Shown: positions 39,069 through 48,657, counted from the stretch's first letter. The stretch: DNA of 64,000 bases from an uncultured Methanosarcinales archaeon (GCA_964647565.1 CAZYIM010000006.1:25045-89044), one strand, 5' to 3'. Program-made: numbers and translations. Notes: generated from the sequence alone by a model not told the origin.

Positions 39069-39965
39069 ATGAAACTTTCAAAGAAAGGTTTAGGAAAGAA
39101 AAAATCTTTTCAAAAACTAAAAACATTGGGAAGAATAATTACAACAGCAGGAATAATCGGGGCGACTGCAATTGCAGGTGCACAAGAAAAGAGCAACAGG
39201 TACACACAGATGTTATCCGGGAGCACTGCTAAATTAGCGCCGTTTTCAACTGCCAAGGTAGAGGTTGGAATCAGGGATTTCAACATCAACAACAGCTTTG
39301 CCAATATCAGCGTTAGAGGTATGGATAATATCGAAGGAATCTATTACAACTACAACTCCCTGGTCAACTCTTCAAGAGAGAAGAAGGCCAACAGCCACTG
39401 GCTGGGCTTTAACTACATCCTACCCTTGGAAAAGGACGGCACAAGAGGGATACTGGCTGCAGAATTACCAATCGGCAATCCGTTCAAGGCAGAGGACGTA
39501 AATTTGAACATAGATCAGCATATTACTTCTTACGGAGCACTAGGCTTGGGTTTTGTAATGAAGGAAAATGCTTACTTGCTGGCAATGCTTGACTTCTTGG
39601 ATAAGGATGCTGACTTGGTCTCTGCATTGGCTGAAAGCAGGCCAGCTTTTGTCCCAAGAGGCATTGCAGACAAAGTAGGACTTGGTGGCAGAGTAAAGGT
39701 ATCAATCCCAATCACACCAAAAAAAAGCGATATCCAAGCATATCTTAATCTATATGGCCAGATGGTTTGGGCTGAGGGTTCTGAAGATAAGAATCATGTT
39801 GGTAAAATAGGATTCAATGTTGAAGCTTTCCTGGGAAAGATTCATCAAGTTAGTTTAAGGCTGGGGCTTGAGAAATGTACCGGCATACATGATTCTGTCG
39901 TTGGCAACGTAGGTCTAGCATACAGTTTCTATCAACGTCCATGGTATGAAACTAAATACAACTAA
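39069..39965 (+). CDS. hypothetical secreted beta-strand-rich protein
   Basis: Basic N-terminus and signal-like helix; alternating hydrophobic strands; GAGGTGA SD. Confidence 0.75.
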   Translation: MKLSKKGLGKKKSFQKLKTLGRIITTAGIIGATAIAGAQEKSNRYTQMLSGSTAKLAPFSTAKVEVGIRDFNINNSFANISVRGMDNIEGIYYNYNSLVNSSREKKANSHWLGFNYILPLEKDGTRGILAAELPIGNPFKAEDVNLNIDQHITSYGALGLGFVMKENAYLLAMLDFLDKDADLVSALAESRPAFVPRGIADKVGLGGRVKVSIPITPKKSDIQAYLNLYGQMVWAEGSEDKNHVGKIGFNVEAFLGKIHQVSLRLGLEKCTGIHDSVVGNVGLAYSFYQRPWYETKYN

Positions 39966-39983
39966 CGAGGTTAAAAAAACGAG

Positions 39984-40226
39984 GTGAATAACATGTTAGG
40001 ACATCCATTAACAGCACATAGGAGCATGAGAAAATATCAGATAAGGCGGATTGGACGGGCCAAGGCCGCTGTCAAGGCAGTTAAAAGGCGAAGAAAACTT
40101 GTTGAAGAGCAATCTCTCGAAGGCTCAGTAAACAATGCATTGCCTGAGCAGAAACAAGTTCCAACACAGGATAACAACACTAGCGTCCCCTATCTGCCTA
40201 AGGATAACAAAGACTACAAGGTCTAA
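39984..40226 (+). CDS. small basic hypothetical protein
   Basis: GAGGTGA SD followed by an in-frame ATG near 39993. Confidence 0.5.
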   Translation: MNNMLGHPLTAHRSMRKYQIRRIGRAKAAVKAVKRRRKLVEEQSLEGSVNNALPEQKQVPTQDNNTSVPYLPKDNKDYKV

Positions 40227-40271
40227 TTAGATTGTTTTTTATTTTTTTCTTCTTCTCGTCTGAAAAAACCA

Positions 40272-40304
40272 AAAGTCTGTCATCGAAAAATCGTTCCTTG
40301 ACTT
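40272..40304. repeat. structured intergenic element, family B copy 2 (minimal)
   Basis: AAAGTCTGTCATCGAAAAATCGTTCCTTGACTTT; same ends as the 17.35 kb copy. Confidence 0.5.
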
Positions 40305-40374
40305 TCAATTTTTCTTTGAAAAACCGAAAGCTTTTTATAGTAAATTCACCACTATATAGTAGATACTATTTAAA

Positions 40375-41157
40375 ATGACGAAATATGTGATTGAGAAGAC
40401 AAAATTTGGAAAAGTTATGGATAAAGTATTGATCGGATTAGGTATAGTTCTAGGCGTATACGTTTCTGCATTGGGCATCAAGAACAAGATAGAATACGAC
40501 GCTGCAGTTGAAAGGGTAATTGAAAGATCTGAAGGCCACAACATCATATTGACAGGAGAAGAGCATCACAACGGTCAGCACAAGAAGCTCATAGGCATGC
40601 TTGACGACTTCAAGAAAAAAGGAGTAAATGACCTTGCTATAGAAATAGACAGAGGATACCAATCAGATGTCGATGCATACATGCGAGGCGAGATGAGTTT
40701 TAAAGAGATGTGCATTCACAATATAAACTCCCCAGAATATATTTTCGAAGTTGTCAAGAAATGTAAAAAGCTGAAAATCAACGTACATTGTATAGACTAC
40801 AAACGAAAAGAGGCTTGGACATCCAGATATGGTGTCTTCATAGATCAACAAGGAACATACATCCGGGACAAGAAAATGTTTGAACAGCTAGATGAGCGGA
40901 TTTTCAGTAAAAATCCTGATGCTAAGTTGATATACTTCGGAGGTAGATGGCACATCCACAAAGAGCCATTGATCTGGAAAAGGCCAGCCACAGAAGAAGA
41001 AGCTAAGAAGTATGGAAGGACGTTTATTTATGCAGTAGAAGAAGCAGGTCCAGACACAACAATCGGCTGCTATTTGGCAGACAAAGGAAAAGTATTCTCG
41101 CTTTCTTTATTAGAGATGCAAGACAAGAAGACCATAGACATGGTCTTCGGCGAGTAA
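40375..41157 (+). CDS. membrane-anchored EreA/ChaN/Tiki-superfamily protein
   Basis: N-terminal transmembrane helix; GEEHH, LAIE, RDKKM, GGRWH motifs. Confidence 0.6.
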   Translation: MTKYVIEKTKFGKVMDKVLIGLGIVLGVYVSALGIKNKIEYDAAVERVIERSEGHNIILTGEEHHNGQHKKLIGMLDDFKKKGVNDLAIEIDRGYQSDVDAYMRGEMSFKEMCIHNINSPEYIFEVVKKCKKLKINVHCIDYKRKEAWTSRYGVFIDQQGTYIRDKKMFEQLDERIFSKNPDAKLIYFGGRWHIHKEPLIWKRPATEEEAKKYGRTFIYAVEEAGPDTTIGCYLADKGKVFSLSLLEMQDKKTIDMVFGE

Positions 41158-41165
41158 GTTAGTTC

Positions 41166-41257
41166 TAGGAAAATAACTATTCTTGGCCAGGCGAACCGAA
41201 GGTGAGTAGCATTCTTCACGGGAGTGCATCTGTGCCAGAAATAAATTGTTATTTTTC
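41166..41257. repeat. structured palindromic intergenic element, family A copy 3 (opposite orientation)
   Basis: GAAAATAAC/GTTATTTTTC ends; CATCTGTGCCA is the reverse complement of the TGGCACAGATG core; GCGAACCGAAGGTGAGTA matches a copy-2 hairpin. Confidence 0.75.
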
Positions 41258-41313
41258 ATTTCTGAATAGTTCCTTACGCAATATTTATAAATAAGTCCTC
41301 ATCTTCTCGTCTT

Positions 41314-43371
41314 ATGGCAAAAAAGGGTGAGCTGGCTTTTAAGACTACAAAGGAGATTAAAGTTTCTAAAAAGATCGTCGACCAGGTCATAGGCCAGGAG
41401 GATGCTGTCAATCTTATCAGGAAGGCATCTGCCCAGAGAAGGCACGTCCTATTAATAGGTGAGCCTGGTACTGGAAAGAGCATGCTTGGCCTTGCATTGG
41501 CAGAGCTTTTACCAAAAGAGAAACTGGTAGACGTCCTAGCATTTCCAAATCCCAACGACGAGAACCAGCCTCTAATTCGCACTGTTCCAGGCGGCAAGGG
41601 CAGGGATGTTTCGATAAAAGCAAAACTACAGGGTGGCGGCGCCTTCAAGAACCAAAATATCCTTATGTTTGTGATTGCAATTGCAGCCATGCTAATACCC
41701 TGGTGGATCCGTACCAAATACAATTCTGATATCATGTTTGCGGCATTTTTCCTAGGAGGTATGATGTTTCTTGCTGCTTTCATAATATTCCTTAATCTTG
41801 GCAAGAGAATGGATAATAATAAGAATGGAGTGCCAAAAGTCATTGTCGATAATTTCAAGAAGAAACAAGCGCCTTTTTTAGATGCTACCGGAGCACATGC
41901 AGGAGCTCTTCTCGGCGATGTACTTCATGACCCGTTTCAGTCACTGGGAAAAAGTGATAGATTGACAATTCTCAACGATGATTATACCCTGAAATGTATA
42001 ACTGTGAACAAATTAATAGACTCGCTCATGGTAAAGAATAAAGAAAAAATCATAAAGAAAGCAAAGAACAACTATGAAGCCATCTTCCTTCCAAAAAACC
42101 AGCTTTTTATACTGGGAGAAAATAATGGCTTTGGGTCTGCTGTTGAGGTTTTATCATCCAACAGATATGATTACAAGGGCGAAATGATAAAACTCATAAC
42201 ATCTGAAAACAAAGAAATTATTATCACCCCCGAGCATAAAATAGCTGTTTGGAAAAATAATAAGATCACTTATATTGAAGCGAATAAAATAAAATCAGGA
42301 GATGAAGTTGTTGGAAAAGCAGAAGATATCATCATCGATGAACAGGACATCATCAACACATACAATGAAAGACAGCAAGAACAATGCAGATTATATTATC
42401 AATATTTGGAAACCAAAAAACAACATCCTGATTGGGGTTATAAGAGAATCGCCAAGGCAATGGACCAGCCAATAGGCAAGACCAGATGGTGGCATGCCAA
42501 AAAGCACATCCCTGTGCCAATACAGACAACCAACTGGCTGAAAGAAAAGGGCTTGCTGCCTCTAAAAACAAATAATCCTAAATTAGCATTAATATCAAAG
42601 GTTCTAGGAACAACATTTGGAGATGGAGGCATCTTTGAAAACCTAAATGGACTTTTCCTATCAAGCTCTGAGAAGGAAGCTGTAAAAGAGTTTGGAAGGG
42701 ATATTGAAAAAATCTTTGATTTAAAGCAAGATTCAAATTCAAGGATTATTGAAGGTGGAGAACATGGCCATTCATGGTGCTTCCAGAATACCAACAGAAA
42801 CATCATCAGATTTTTTCTTGCAGCAGGAGCTCCAAAAGGCAATAAGACCCAAATTCCCTTGAACATACCAGGATGGGTGAAAATTAATCAAAACCTGGAA
42901 GATGAATTCTTTGGCTCTTTATTTGGCAGTGAGATAGGCATTCCCAAGATTCATATAAGTGGAAAGCATACCAACACCTTTGATTTTGCCATCACAGGAA
43001 TAGAAAAAACCAAAAAAAACAGGCAGCAATTCTTGCAGGAGATTAAACAGTATCTAAATAAAAAAGACATTCAAACAGGCAAGTTCATCCAAAGCAGACT
43101 CAAAAATCAAAACACACTTTTCCGCCTCTTAATATCTATTAAATTTACAAACATGGCAACGTTCTACTCTATATGTAAATTGAATTACTGCAACTATAAA
43201 AAAAAGAAGCTAGAAAAATGCCTTAATGAATTCAGCCAAATTAAAAGAGACAGCTATGCAGAACTAATTAAAAGAGGCTATGGCGCTGAGCATGCCATGC
43301 ACCTCTTGAACCTTGATCCTACATCACTTTATATAATACTCAATTATGAAAAATTTGGTGAAACCGCATGA
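41314..43371 (+). CDS. lonB: ATP-dependent protease LonB, N-terminal precursor: N-extein (209 aa) + N-intein with LAGLIDADG endonuclease
   Basis: DQVIGQE, Walker A GEPGTGKS, two transmembrane helices, [11 protein letters not shown], then intein starting Ser at 41941. Confidence 0.92.
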   Translation: MAKKGELAFKTTKEIKVSKKIVDQVIGQEDAVNLIRKASAQRRHVLLIGEPGTGKSMLGLALAELLPKEKLVDVLAFPNPNDENQPLIRTVPGGKGRDVSIKAKLQGGGAFKNQNILMFVIAIAAMLIPWWIRTKYNSDIMFAAFFLGGMMFLAAFIIFLNLGKRMDNNKNGVPKVIVDNFKKKQAPFLDATGAHAGALLGDVLHDPFQSLGKSDRLTILNDDYTLKCITVNKLIDSLMVKNKEKIIKKAKNNYEAIFLPKNQLFILGENNGFGSAVEVLSSNRYDYKGEMIKLITSENKEIIITPEHKIAVWKNNKITYIEANKIKSGDEVVGKAEDIIIDEQDIINTYNERQQEQCRLYYQYLETKKQHPDWGYKRIAKAMDQPIGKTRWWHAKKHIPVPIQTTNWLKEKGLLPLKTNNPKLALISKVLGTTFGDGGIFENLNGLFLSSSEKEAVKEFGRDIEKIFDLKQDSNSRIIEGGEHGHSWCFQNTNRNIIRFFLAAGAPKGNKTQIPLNIPGWVKINQNLEDEFFGSLFGSEIGIPKIHISGKHTNTFDFAITGIEKTKKNRQQFLQEIKQYLNKKDIQTGKFIQSRLKNQNTLFRLLISIKFTNMATFYSICKLNYCNYKKKKLEKCLNEFSQIKRDSYAELIKRGYGAEHAMHLLNLDPTSLYIILNYEKFGETA

Positions 43372-43484
43372 AGCTTACTAGGCAAAAAATAAGTAAAGTT
43401 GAAAGGATCCCTTATAATGGAAAAGCCTATAACCTCACCACCAGCTCAGGCAATGTCATTGTTAATGGTATTCTATGTTCCAAC
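41941..43484 (+). mobile_element. split intein with homing endonuclease in LonB (N-part 41941-43368, C-part 43368-43484)
   Basis: Block A SLGKSDRL, block [18 protein letters not shown]-like [10 protein letters not shown] and FFGSLFGSE, block F AYNLTT, block G NGILCSN|S. Confidence 0.88.
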
Positions 43485-44747
43485 TCAGGAGGCCTGGGCA
43501 CACCTGCACACGAACGTATCGTTGCTGGAATGATACACAAGGCTCACATGGGAGTATTGTTTATTGATGAAATAGCCACGTTACAACCCGGAACACAGCA
43601 GGAGTTATTAACTGCAGTACAAGAAGGTAAATACTCGATAACCGGCCAATCTGAAAGAAGTGCTGGCGCCATGGTAAGGACAGAACCAGTTCCTTGCAGG
43701 TTCATCTTGGTTGCAGCAGGAAACATGGAGACATTAAAGAACATGCATCCAGCTCTCAGATCAAGGATCAGGGGCTATGGTTACGAGATCTATATGAAGG
43801 AGACCATCGAAGACAATGCTGAGAACAGAGAGAAGATTGCCATCTTCGTTGCTCAGGAGATAGTCAAGGATGAAAAGATACCTCATTTCTCAAGAGAAGC
43901 GGTTCTATATATAATAGAGGAAGCCAGGAAAAGAGCCAACAGGAAAGGTCACCTAACATTACGATTAAGGGATCTTGGAGGATTGATAAGAGCTGCAGGA
44001 GACATTGCCATGGAAGAAAAGGCCAAGGTTGTTGAGAAAAAGCATATCATACAGGCCAAGAAGGTTGCAAGAACTCTAGAGCAGCAGATTGCGGACAAAT
44101 ACATAGAACGTAAAAAGGAATATGAAGTTATTATTGTCAAAGGTAAGGCAATAGGACGAGTAAATGGTCTTGCAGTCATTGGAGGTGGAGGCAGCTACTC
44201 AGGAATCATTTTACCGATCGAGTCAGAAGTCACACCTGGCGGAAAGGAATCCGAGATCATAGCCACTGGAAAGCTTGGTGAAATCGCCAAGGAAGCTGTC
44301 AAGAATGTATCTGCTATAATCAAGAAATACTTTGGCTTGGACATCAAGGAAACTTATGATATTCACGTTCAATTTTTACAGACATATGAAGGTGTTGAAG
44401 GAGACTCTGCATCAATTGCAGTGGCAACCTCAATAATATCCGCCCTTAAGGGAATACCTATCAAGCAGAACTATGCCATGACAGGTTCACTCTCAGTAAG
44501 AGGGGAAGTATTGCCTGTCGGCGGAGTCAGCAGCAAGGTAGAAGCTGCAATAGACGCAGGCATGGAAAAGGTATTGGTTCCAAAAAGCAACCTTCAGGAC
44601 ATAATCATAGACAAGGACAGGATTTCCAGGATAAAAATAATACCAGTCGATACTATCATCGACGTTCTTAAAGAAGCTCTTGATTGGAAAGGCAAGGAAA
44701 AGATCCTAAAAAAGATCGTACATAGTTCTAAGAAGAGTCTGATCTGA
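43368..44747 (+). CDS. lonB: LonB C-terminal precursor: 39-aa C-intein + C-extein (Walker B and protease domain)
   Basis: [29 protein letters not shown], catalytic EGDSAS and GGVSSK; GGTGA SD at 43357 and ATGA overlap. Confidence 0.93.
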   Translation: MKLTRQKISKVERIPYNGKAYNLTTSSGNVIVNGILCSNSGGLGTPAHERIVAGMIHKAHMGVLFIDEIATLQPGTQQELLTAVQEGKYSITGQSERSAGAMVRTEPVPCRFILVAAGNMETLKNMHPALRSRIRGYGYEIYMKETIEDNAENREKIAIFVAQEIVKDEKIPHFSREAVLYIIEEARKRANRKGHLTLRLRDLGGLIRAAGDIAMEEKAKVVEKKHIIQAKKVARTLEQQIADKYIERKKEYEVIIVKGKAIGRVNGLAVIGGGGSYSGIILPIESEVTPGGKESEIIATGKLGEIAKEAVKNVSAIIKKYFGLDIKETYDIHVQFLQTYEGVEGDSASIAVATSIISALKGIPIKQNYAMTGSLSVRGEVLPVGGVSSKVEAAIDAGMEKVLVPKSNLQDIIIDKDRISRIKIIPVDTIIDVLKEALDWKGKEKILKKIVHSSKKSLI

Positions 44748-44749
44748 AT

Positions 44750-45508
44750 TTAAGAGGTCGCTGTCTTCCAGAGAGTGTTAAAAAACTTCCTAAATGAGTC
44801 TGCAGCTTCTAAATTCTTAACTCTTATGATTATTGGTTTAGATAGCAACATAATAAAATTCACTGTGTCTTTATAGAAGTTGAATTCAGCGAATGTATCC
44901 TGGTAAAGATATTTAACCTCGTGCAACTTGCTTTCTGAAGGATAACCCATTCGTTCCTTATGGCCCCTGACATTCTCATTAAATATTATCTTGATCTTAT
45001 ATCCCGCGTTTTCTACTTTTTTATAATATTGTGAAAAAAATATGTCTGCCTGTCTTGAAGCTTGTCCCATGCTTGCCCCAAAAATATAGTTTTCATCACC
45101 TTTTTTCAGAGTCCTGGCAATATCATAGAAAACTGTTTTCATACCTTCCCAACCATAGAACACCTCTACATCAGATTCTTCTTTGGTTTTCTGGAACTTG
45201 AGAAGCAGCTGCGGCATTATTTCGTCGACTACATGCTTCTCTTTTTGTAGTTCTTCCTCTTTCCTTTCAATAAAATCTTTTATCCTTTCTGGATCTGCAG
45301 CGCTAAAATGGATGACTCCTTGTTTTTTTACAGAGGAAATGATGCCTTTTTCAAGCAACCTGTTGGCAACATCATATATCTTTGAGGGCGAGATGCCTGA
45401 TTTCTTTGCCAGTTTGGTCCGCGTTGTTTCTCCCAATTCCAATAAGGCATCATATATCTTGATCTCACCATCTGTCAAGCCAACTCTCTTAAGCTCTATT
45501 AACTTCAT
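44750..45508 (-). CDS. TrmB-family transcriptional regulator
   Basis: GLTDGEIKIY.ALL, KIYDV..RL.EKGII, YGWEG. Confidence 0.88.
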   Translation of the reverse strand: MKLIELKRVGLTDGEIKIYDALLELGETTRTKLAKKSGISPSKIYDVANRLLEKGIISSVKKQGVIHFSAADPERIKDFIERKEEELQKEKHVVDEIMPQLLLKFQKTKEESDVEVFYGWEGMKTVFYDIARTLKKGDENYIFGASMGQASRQADIFFSQYYKKVENAGYKIKIIFNENVRGHKERMGYPSESKLHEVKYLYQDTFAEFNFYKDTVNFIMLLSKPIIIRVKNLEAADSFRKFFNTLWKTATS

Positions 45509-45511
45509 AAT

Positions 45512-45528
45512 TGTCCCCTAAAGGGACA
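45512..45528. promoter_or_regulatory. putative operator TGTCCC-N5-GGGACA
   Basis: Perfect palindrome immediately upstream of the TrmB start codon. Confidence 0.5.
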
Positions 45529-45597
45529 CTAATATTTAAATACTTGCTTCCACTATATAGTAGTAATATAAAAGAGATCGAAAATGAGGTGAAAATA

Positions 45598-45927
45598 ATG
45601 GGAAACAACAAACAAAAAAAAGAATATCCTAAGTTAGAAAAAATTTTGAATAATGTGCATAAAATATTGCATGAAGGACACTATACAAGAAAAGCAATAT
45701 TAGATGCTGAACTTGAATATTGGCATGCAGAAAGGTTTCTTCGAGATTATGTCACAAACCACTCAATGGATGCATATGGAAAACTAATGATGAGTTCTAC
45801 ATATAGGAATTTCGAAAAAGTAGGAAATGATCTTCGAGAAAGACATGCAGAATCAGATTTTCAAAAGAGACACGGTTGTGCGAGTTGGTGTTTCAAAGAT
45901 AGTCATAATGGATATTTAAGAGACTAA
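45598..45927 (+). CDS. hypothetical protein
   Basis: ATG at 45598 after GAGGTGA SD. Confidence 0.65.
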   Translation: MGNNKQKKEYPKLEKILNNVHKILHEGHYTRKAILDAELEYWHAERFLRDYVTNHSMDAYGKLMMSSTYRNFEKVGNDLRERHAESDFQKRHGCASWCFKDSHNGYLRD

Positions 45928-45971
45928 GACGCTGAGCAGTAAGCTACCAGCATTGGAAAGAGGTGATACCT

Positions 45972-46679
45972 ATGATAGAAAAACCAAAATTTAACCTAGA
46001 ATTTGTATGTACAGGCAACAACGGCAGGAGTACGCTAAGTTCTGCAGCAGCACAGGCTCTCCTTCGGGAAAACTGCGATGATGACATATTTCAGGCAATA
46101 TCATCTGGGACTCATGTAGATGCAATAATGCAAGGCACCTGGCCAATAGCTCTGAAGAAGAAAACATTCGTATCGGGTGCTCAATATGGGATATTTGATC
46201 CTTCAGGTAAAAATGAGGCACTAGTAAAATATGTTCTTGAGCATGAATCTTATCAGCTCGAACAGAAATGCTTCGAGGATAATGACTTCAGTTTAGAATT
46301 CAACAACTTGGTCGAGATATCAAGACAATACTATGCAAAAGATGAAGAGAGCCATTGCCTGGAATTGGCAAAGGATCTTTGGATAGAACCGTATCTTGAT
46401 GGCAACTTCAAACAAACTCGACCTAACGAACAGACAGTAGCGATTTTTACAATGGGCGCTAGTAACTTAACAGAGGTTCAGCGAATCTACGATCAGGCAG
46501 GATGCAAAAGGCCATTGGTTATGGATGTTATCTCTAAATATGTTGGAGGCCAAGATGCTAAAGATATACCAAATACCTTTGCTCAAGGCCGAGATGCCTA
46601 CAGGAAGATGGCTGAAATACTGCTGCCCATGGTTGTTGACGCAACTGAAAAGTTTGTCTGGGAACATAATCAAGGATAG
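45972..46679 (+). CDS. low-molecular-weight phosphatase-like protein with insertion
   Basis: P-loop FVCTGNNGRS, SSGT; AGGTGA SD before ATG 45972. Confidence 0.7.
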   Translation: MIEKPKFNLEFVCTGNNGRSTLSSAAAQALLRENCDDDIFQAISSGTHVDAIMQGTWPIALKKKTFVSGAQYGIFDPSGKNEALVKYVLEHESYQLEQKCFEDNDFSLEFNNLVEISRQYYAKDEESHCLELAKDLWIEPYLDGNFKQTRPNEQTVAIFTMGASNLTEVQRIYDQAGCKRPLVMDVISKYVGGQDAKDIPNTFAQGRDAYRKMAEILLPMVVDATEKFVWEHNQG

Positions 46680-46732
46680 ACTTGTGAACCTGGCAATACT
46701 GAATTGAATATTTAAAAAAAGAGGTGAATTAA

Positions 46733-47824
46733 ATGACAAAATCAGCTGATCTGACCATTCCGAATATACTGAAAAACACCAAGAAGTTTTTCACAACACA
46801 CGGATTGATCACATGTCTGCAATCAGACTTCTTGATGAGAGGATCATTGGGTCAGACAGATATGGTCCTGGCGTTCAAGGATGGAGTCTATAACATTTTC
46901 CTTGGTAAGAGCGTCCATAAATGCCATGATGCAGGAGTAGAGCTGTTCAGTAAGAAAGAGAATTTTGAGAGATACATCTCTGAATTCAAGGCATATGTAA
47001 AAAGGGTTAAAGAACACATAATTCCCAAGTACAGTATTGTACCTGAAGCAATGAGCAAGCAGGAGTTGATTGAAGATGTCAGGTTCATCGGTAAGTTCTG
47101 GTATTACTACGGCATAACAGAATTTCCATACTTGGACAAGGCCCATGCAGTCATGGAAAAAACTAAAGATCAGAAGATGAAAGAAAGGCTTGACTTCCTA
47201 AGCAAGTATAAGTTCAAGGGAAGGGATATCCTCAACGCATTCTTCTTTAAGAATGGTGTGCTTGAAAACCTGTTGAAATATATAACACTCAAATATGACA
47301 TCGATGCAAGATTCTTGTTTTTAGATGAGCTTTTTGAGATATTTGATGGTAAGGCATTTGATAAGAAACTAATAAAAGAGAGATCTATATGCTATGCCGC
47401 CTCCATAACTGACGGTAAGATTCAAAAGCATTGTCTAAAGGAAGCAATCGAAGTCAACAAATTGCTTTCTCATGTAGAGGCTAAGGACGAGATCAAGGGT
47501 ATGATTGTCAGCCCAGGTAAAGCCAAAGGAAGAGCCATCATCTGCCCTATGCTTACAGATCATGATGAGATTGCTAAATTGGACAAGAGAATGAAGAAAG
47601 GAGATATCCTGATAGCTGAAACCACCTCTCCTGATGTCATGGTCTTAGTGAACAAGGCCGCTGCCATTGTTGCTGAACAGGGAGGCGTCCTAAGCCACGC
47701 TGCTGTAGTCTCAAGAGAACTTGGCCTGCCATGTATTGTCCAGGCTAAAGATGCAATTAAAATCTTCAAGGACGGAGACATAGTCGAGGTAGATGCAGAA
47801 AAAGGGATTGTAAAGAGAGTATAA
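46733..47824 (+). CDS. protein with C-terminal PEP-utilizing (phosphohistidine swivel) domain
   Basis: SPGKAKG...GDILIA..TSPD...EQGGVLSHAAVVSRELGLPC...DAEKG. Confidence 0.85.
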   Translation: MTKSADLTIPNILKNTKKFFTTHGLITCLQSDFLMRGSLGQTDMVLAFKDGVYNIFLGKSVHKCHDAGVELFSKKENFERYISEFKAYVKRVKEHIIPKYSIVPEAMSKQELIEDVRFIGKFWYYYGITEFPYLDKAHAVMEKTKDQKMKERLDFLSKYKFKGRDILNAFFFKNGVLENLLKYITLKYDIDARFLFLDELFEIFDGKAFDKKLIKERSICYAASITDGKIQKHCLKEAIEVNKLLSHVEAKDEIKGMIVSPGKAKGRAIICPMLTDHDEIAKLDKRMKKGDILIAETTSPDVMVLVNKAAAIVAEQGGVLSHAAVVSRELGLPCIVQAKDAIKIFKDGDIVEVDAEKGIVKRV

Positions 47825-47874
47825 AGTCTCAATCCAAAACATATAAATACTTCATTATTCTTTCGATTGGAACA

Positions 47875-48657
47875 GTGGTTGTCAATCATACAAAACATGA
47901 AGGAGAAGGCAGTATACGGAAATTAAATCAGCTTAGTTTCAGCAAAGCCAAAAGAAACTCTATTTTACGAGATCAGTTCTGTTACCAATTGGAGACTAGA
48001 GTCACAGATGCAATTGGTTTTCAAATCTTTATCGAATATGATCCTACTAGAGAGAAGCTTATCAATCTATGCCAGTATCAGCTAGAACCATATTTTAAGG
48101 ATAAAGAGGACGAACTACATGATCAAGTCGACCAGGCATTCATGAAGGCATTGACAGGAAACCTTTATGTGGGTAATGTCAATAATGAGACAGGATATGC
48201 ACTGCCTCAGTGGATCATGACAACAGCAGGGGCATTCAGGCTTAGGCTGCATGATTTTTTAGGAGGTTTGGCCCACGAGATAATACACTGTGAACAGAAT
48301 TATTATGGTATGTGGATCTGTGACAATAAGCTCGAGAACGACGATGATGACAAGGATAAACAAAGATTCTATGATGCAGTAACCGAGACTGGTGCTCTTT
48401 ATACTGAAATCATCTATCACATACATAGCCACAACCATAACTCCAAGGATTTTGGTTCTACACTGAAGCAATATTTTGACAAATATATGATCCTAAAAGA
48501 TTTGTCAGAAGATCCTGAATTTCCGCAACAAGAGCTTGCACTAAAGCATATCGAACATCTAGAAGGTATCACTGCTTTTAAGAATAAAGAAGGAGACTTT
48601 GTGGATATAGATGATAATATCCTTGATAAAACTCCTCATTGGTTCAGCCATTTCTGA
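47875..48657 (+). CDS. HExxH zincin-like protein, paralog 1 (start uncertain)
   Basis: YDPT, AHEIIHCE, downstream E.GA. Confidence 0.6.
   Translation: MVVNHTKHEGEGSIRKLNQLSFSKAKRNSILRDQFCYQLETRVTDAIGFQIFIEYDPTREKLINLCQYQLEPYFKDKEDELHDQVDQAFMKALTGNLYVGNVNNETGYALPQWIMTTAGAFRLRLHDFLGGLAHEIIHCEQNYYGMWICDNKLENDDDDKDKQRFYDAVTETGALYTEIIYHIHSHNHNSKDFGSTLKQYFDKYMILKDLSEDPEFPQQELALKHIEHLEGITAFKNKEGDFVDIDDNILDKTPHWFSHF

Noticed and set aside
41274..41858. 194-aa ORF on the - strand
   Set aside because: Antisense to the conserved LonB N-terminus, with no motifs of its own.
41314..44747. lonB as a simple frameshifted pseudogene
   Set aside because: The break falls exactly between endonuclease and C-terminal splicing blocks, has its own SD and ATG, and the ATPase and protease motifs are intact; an assembly indel remains formally possible.
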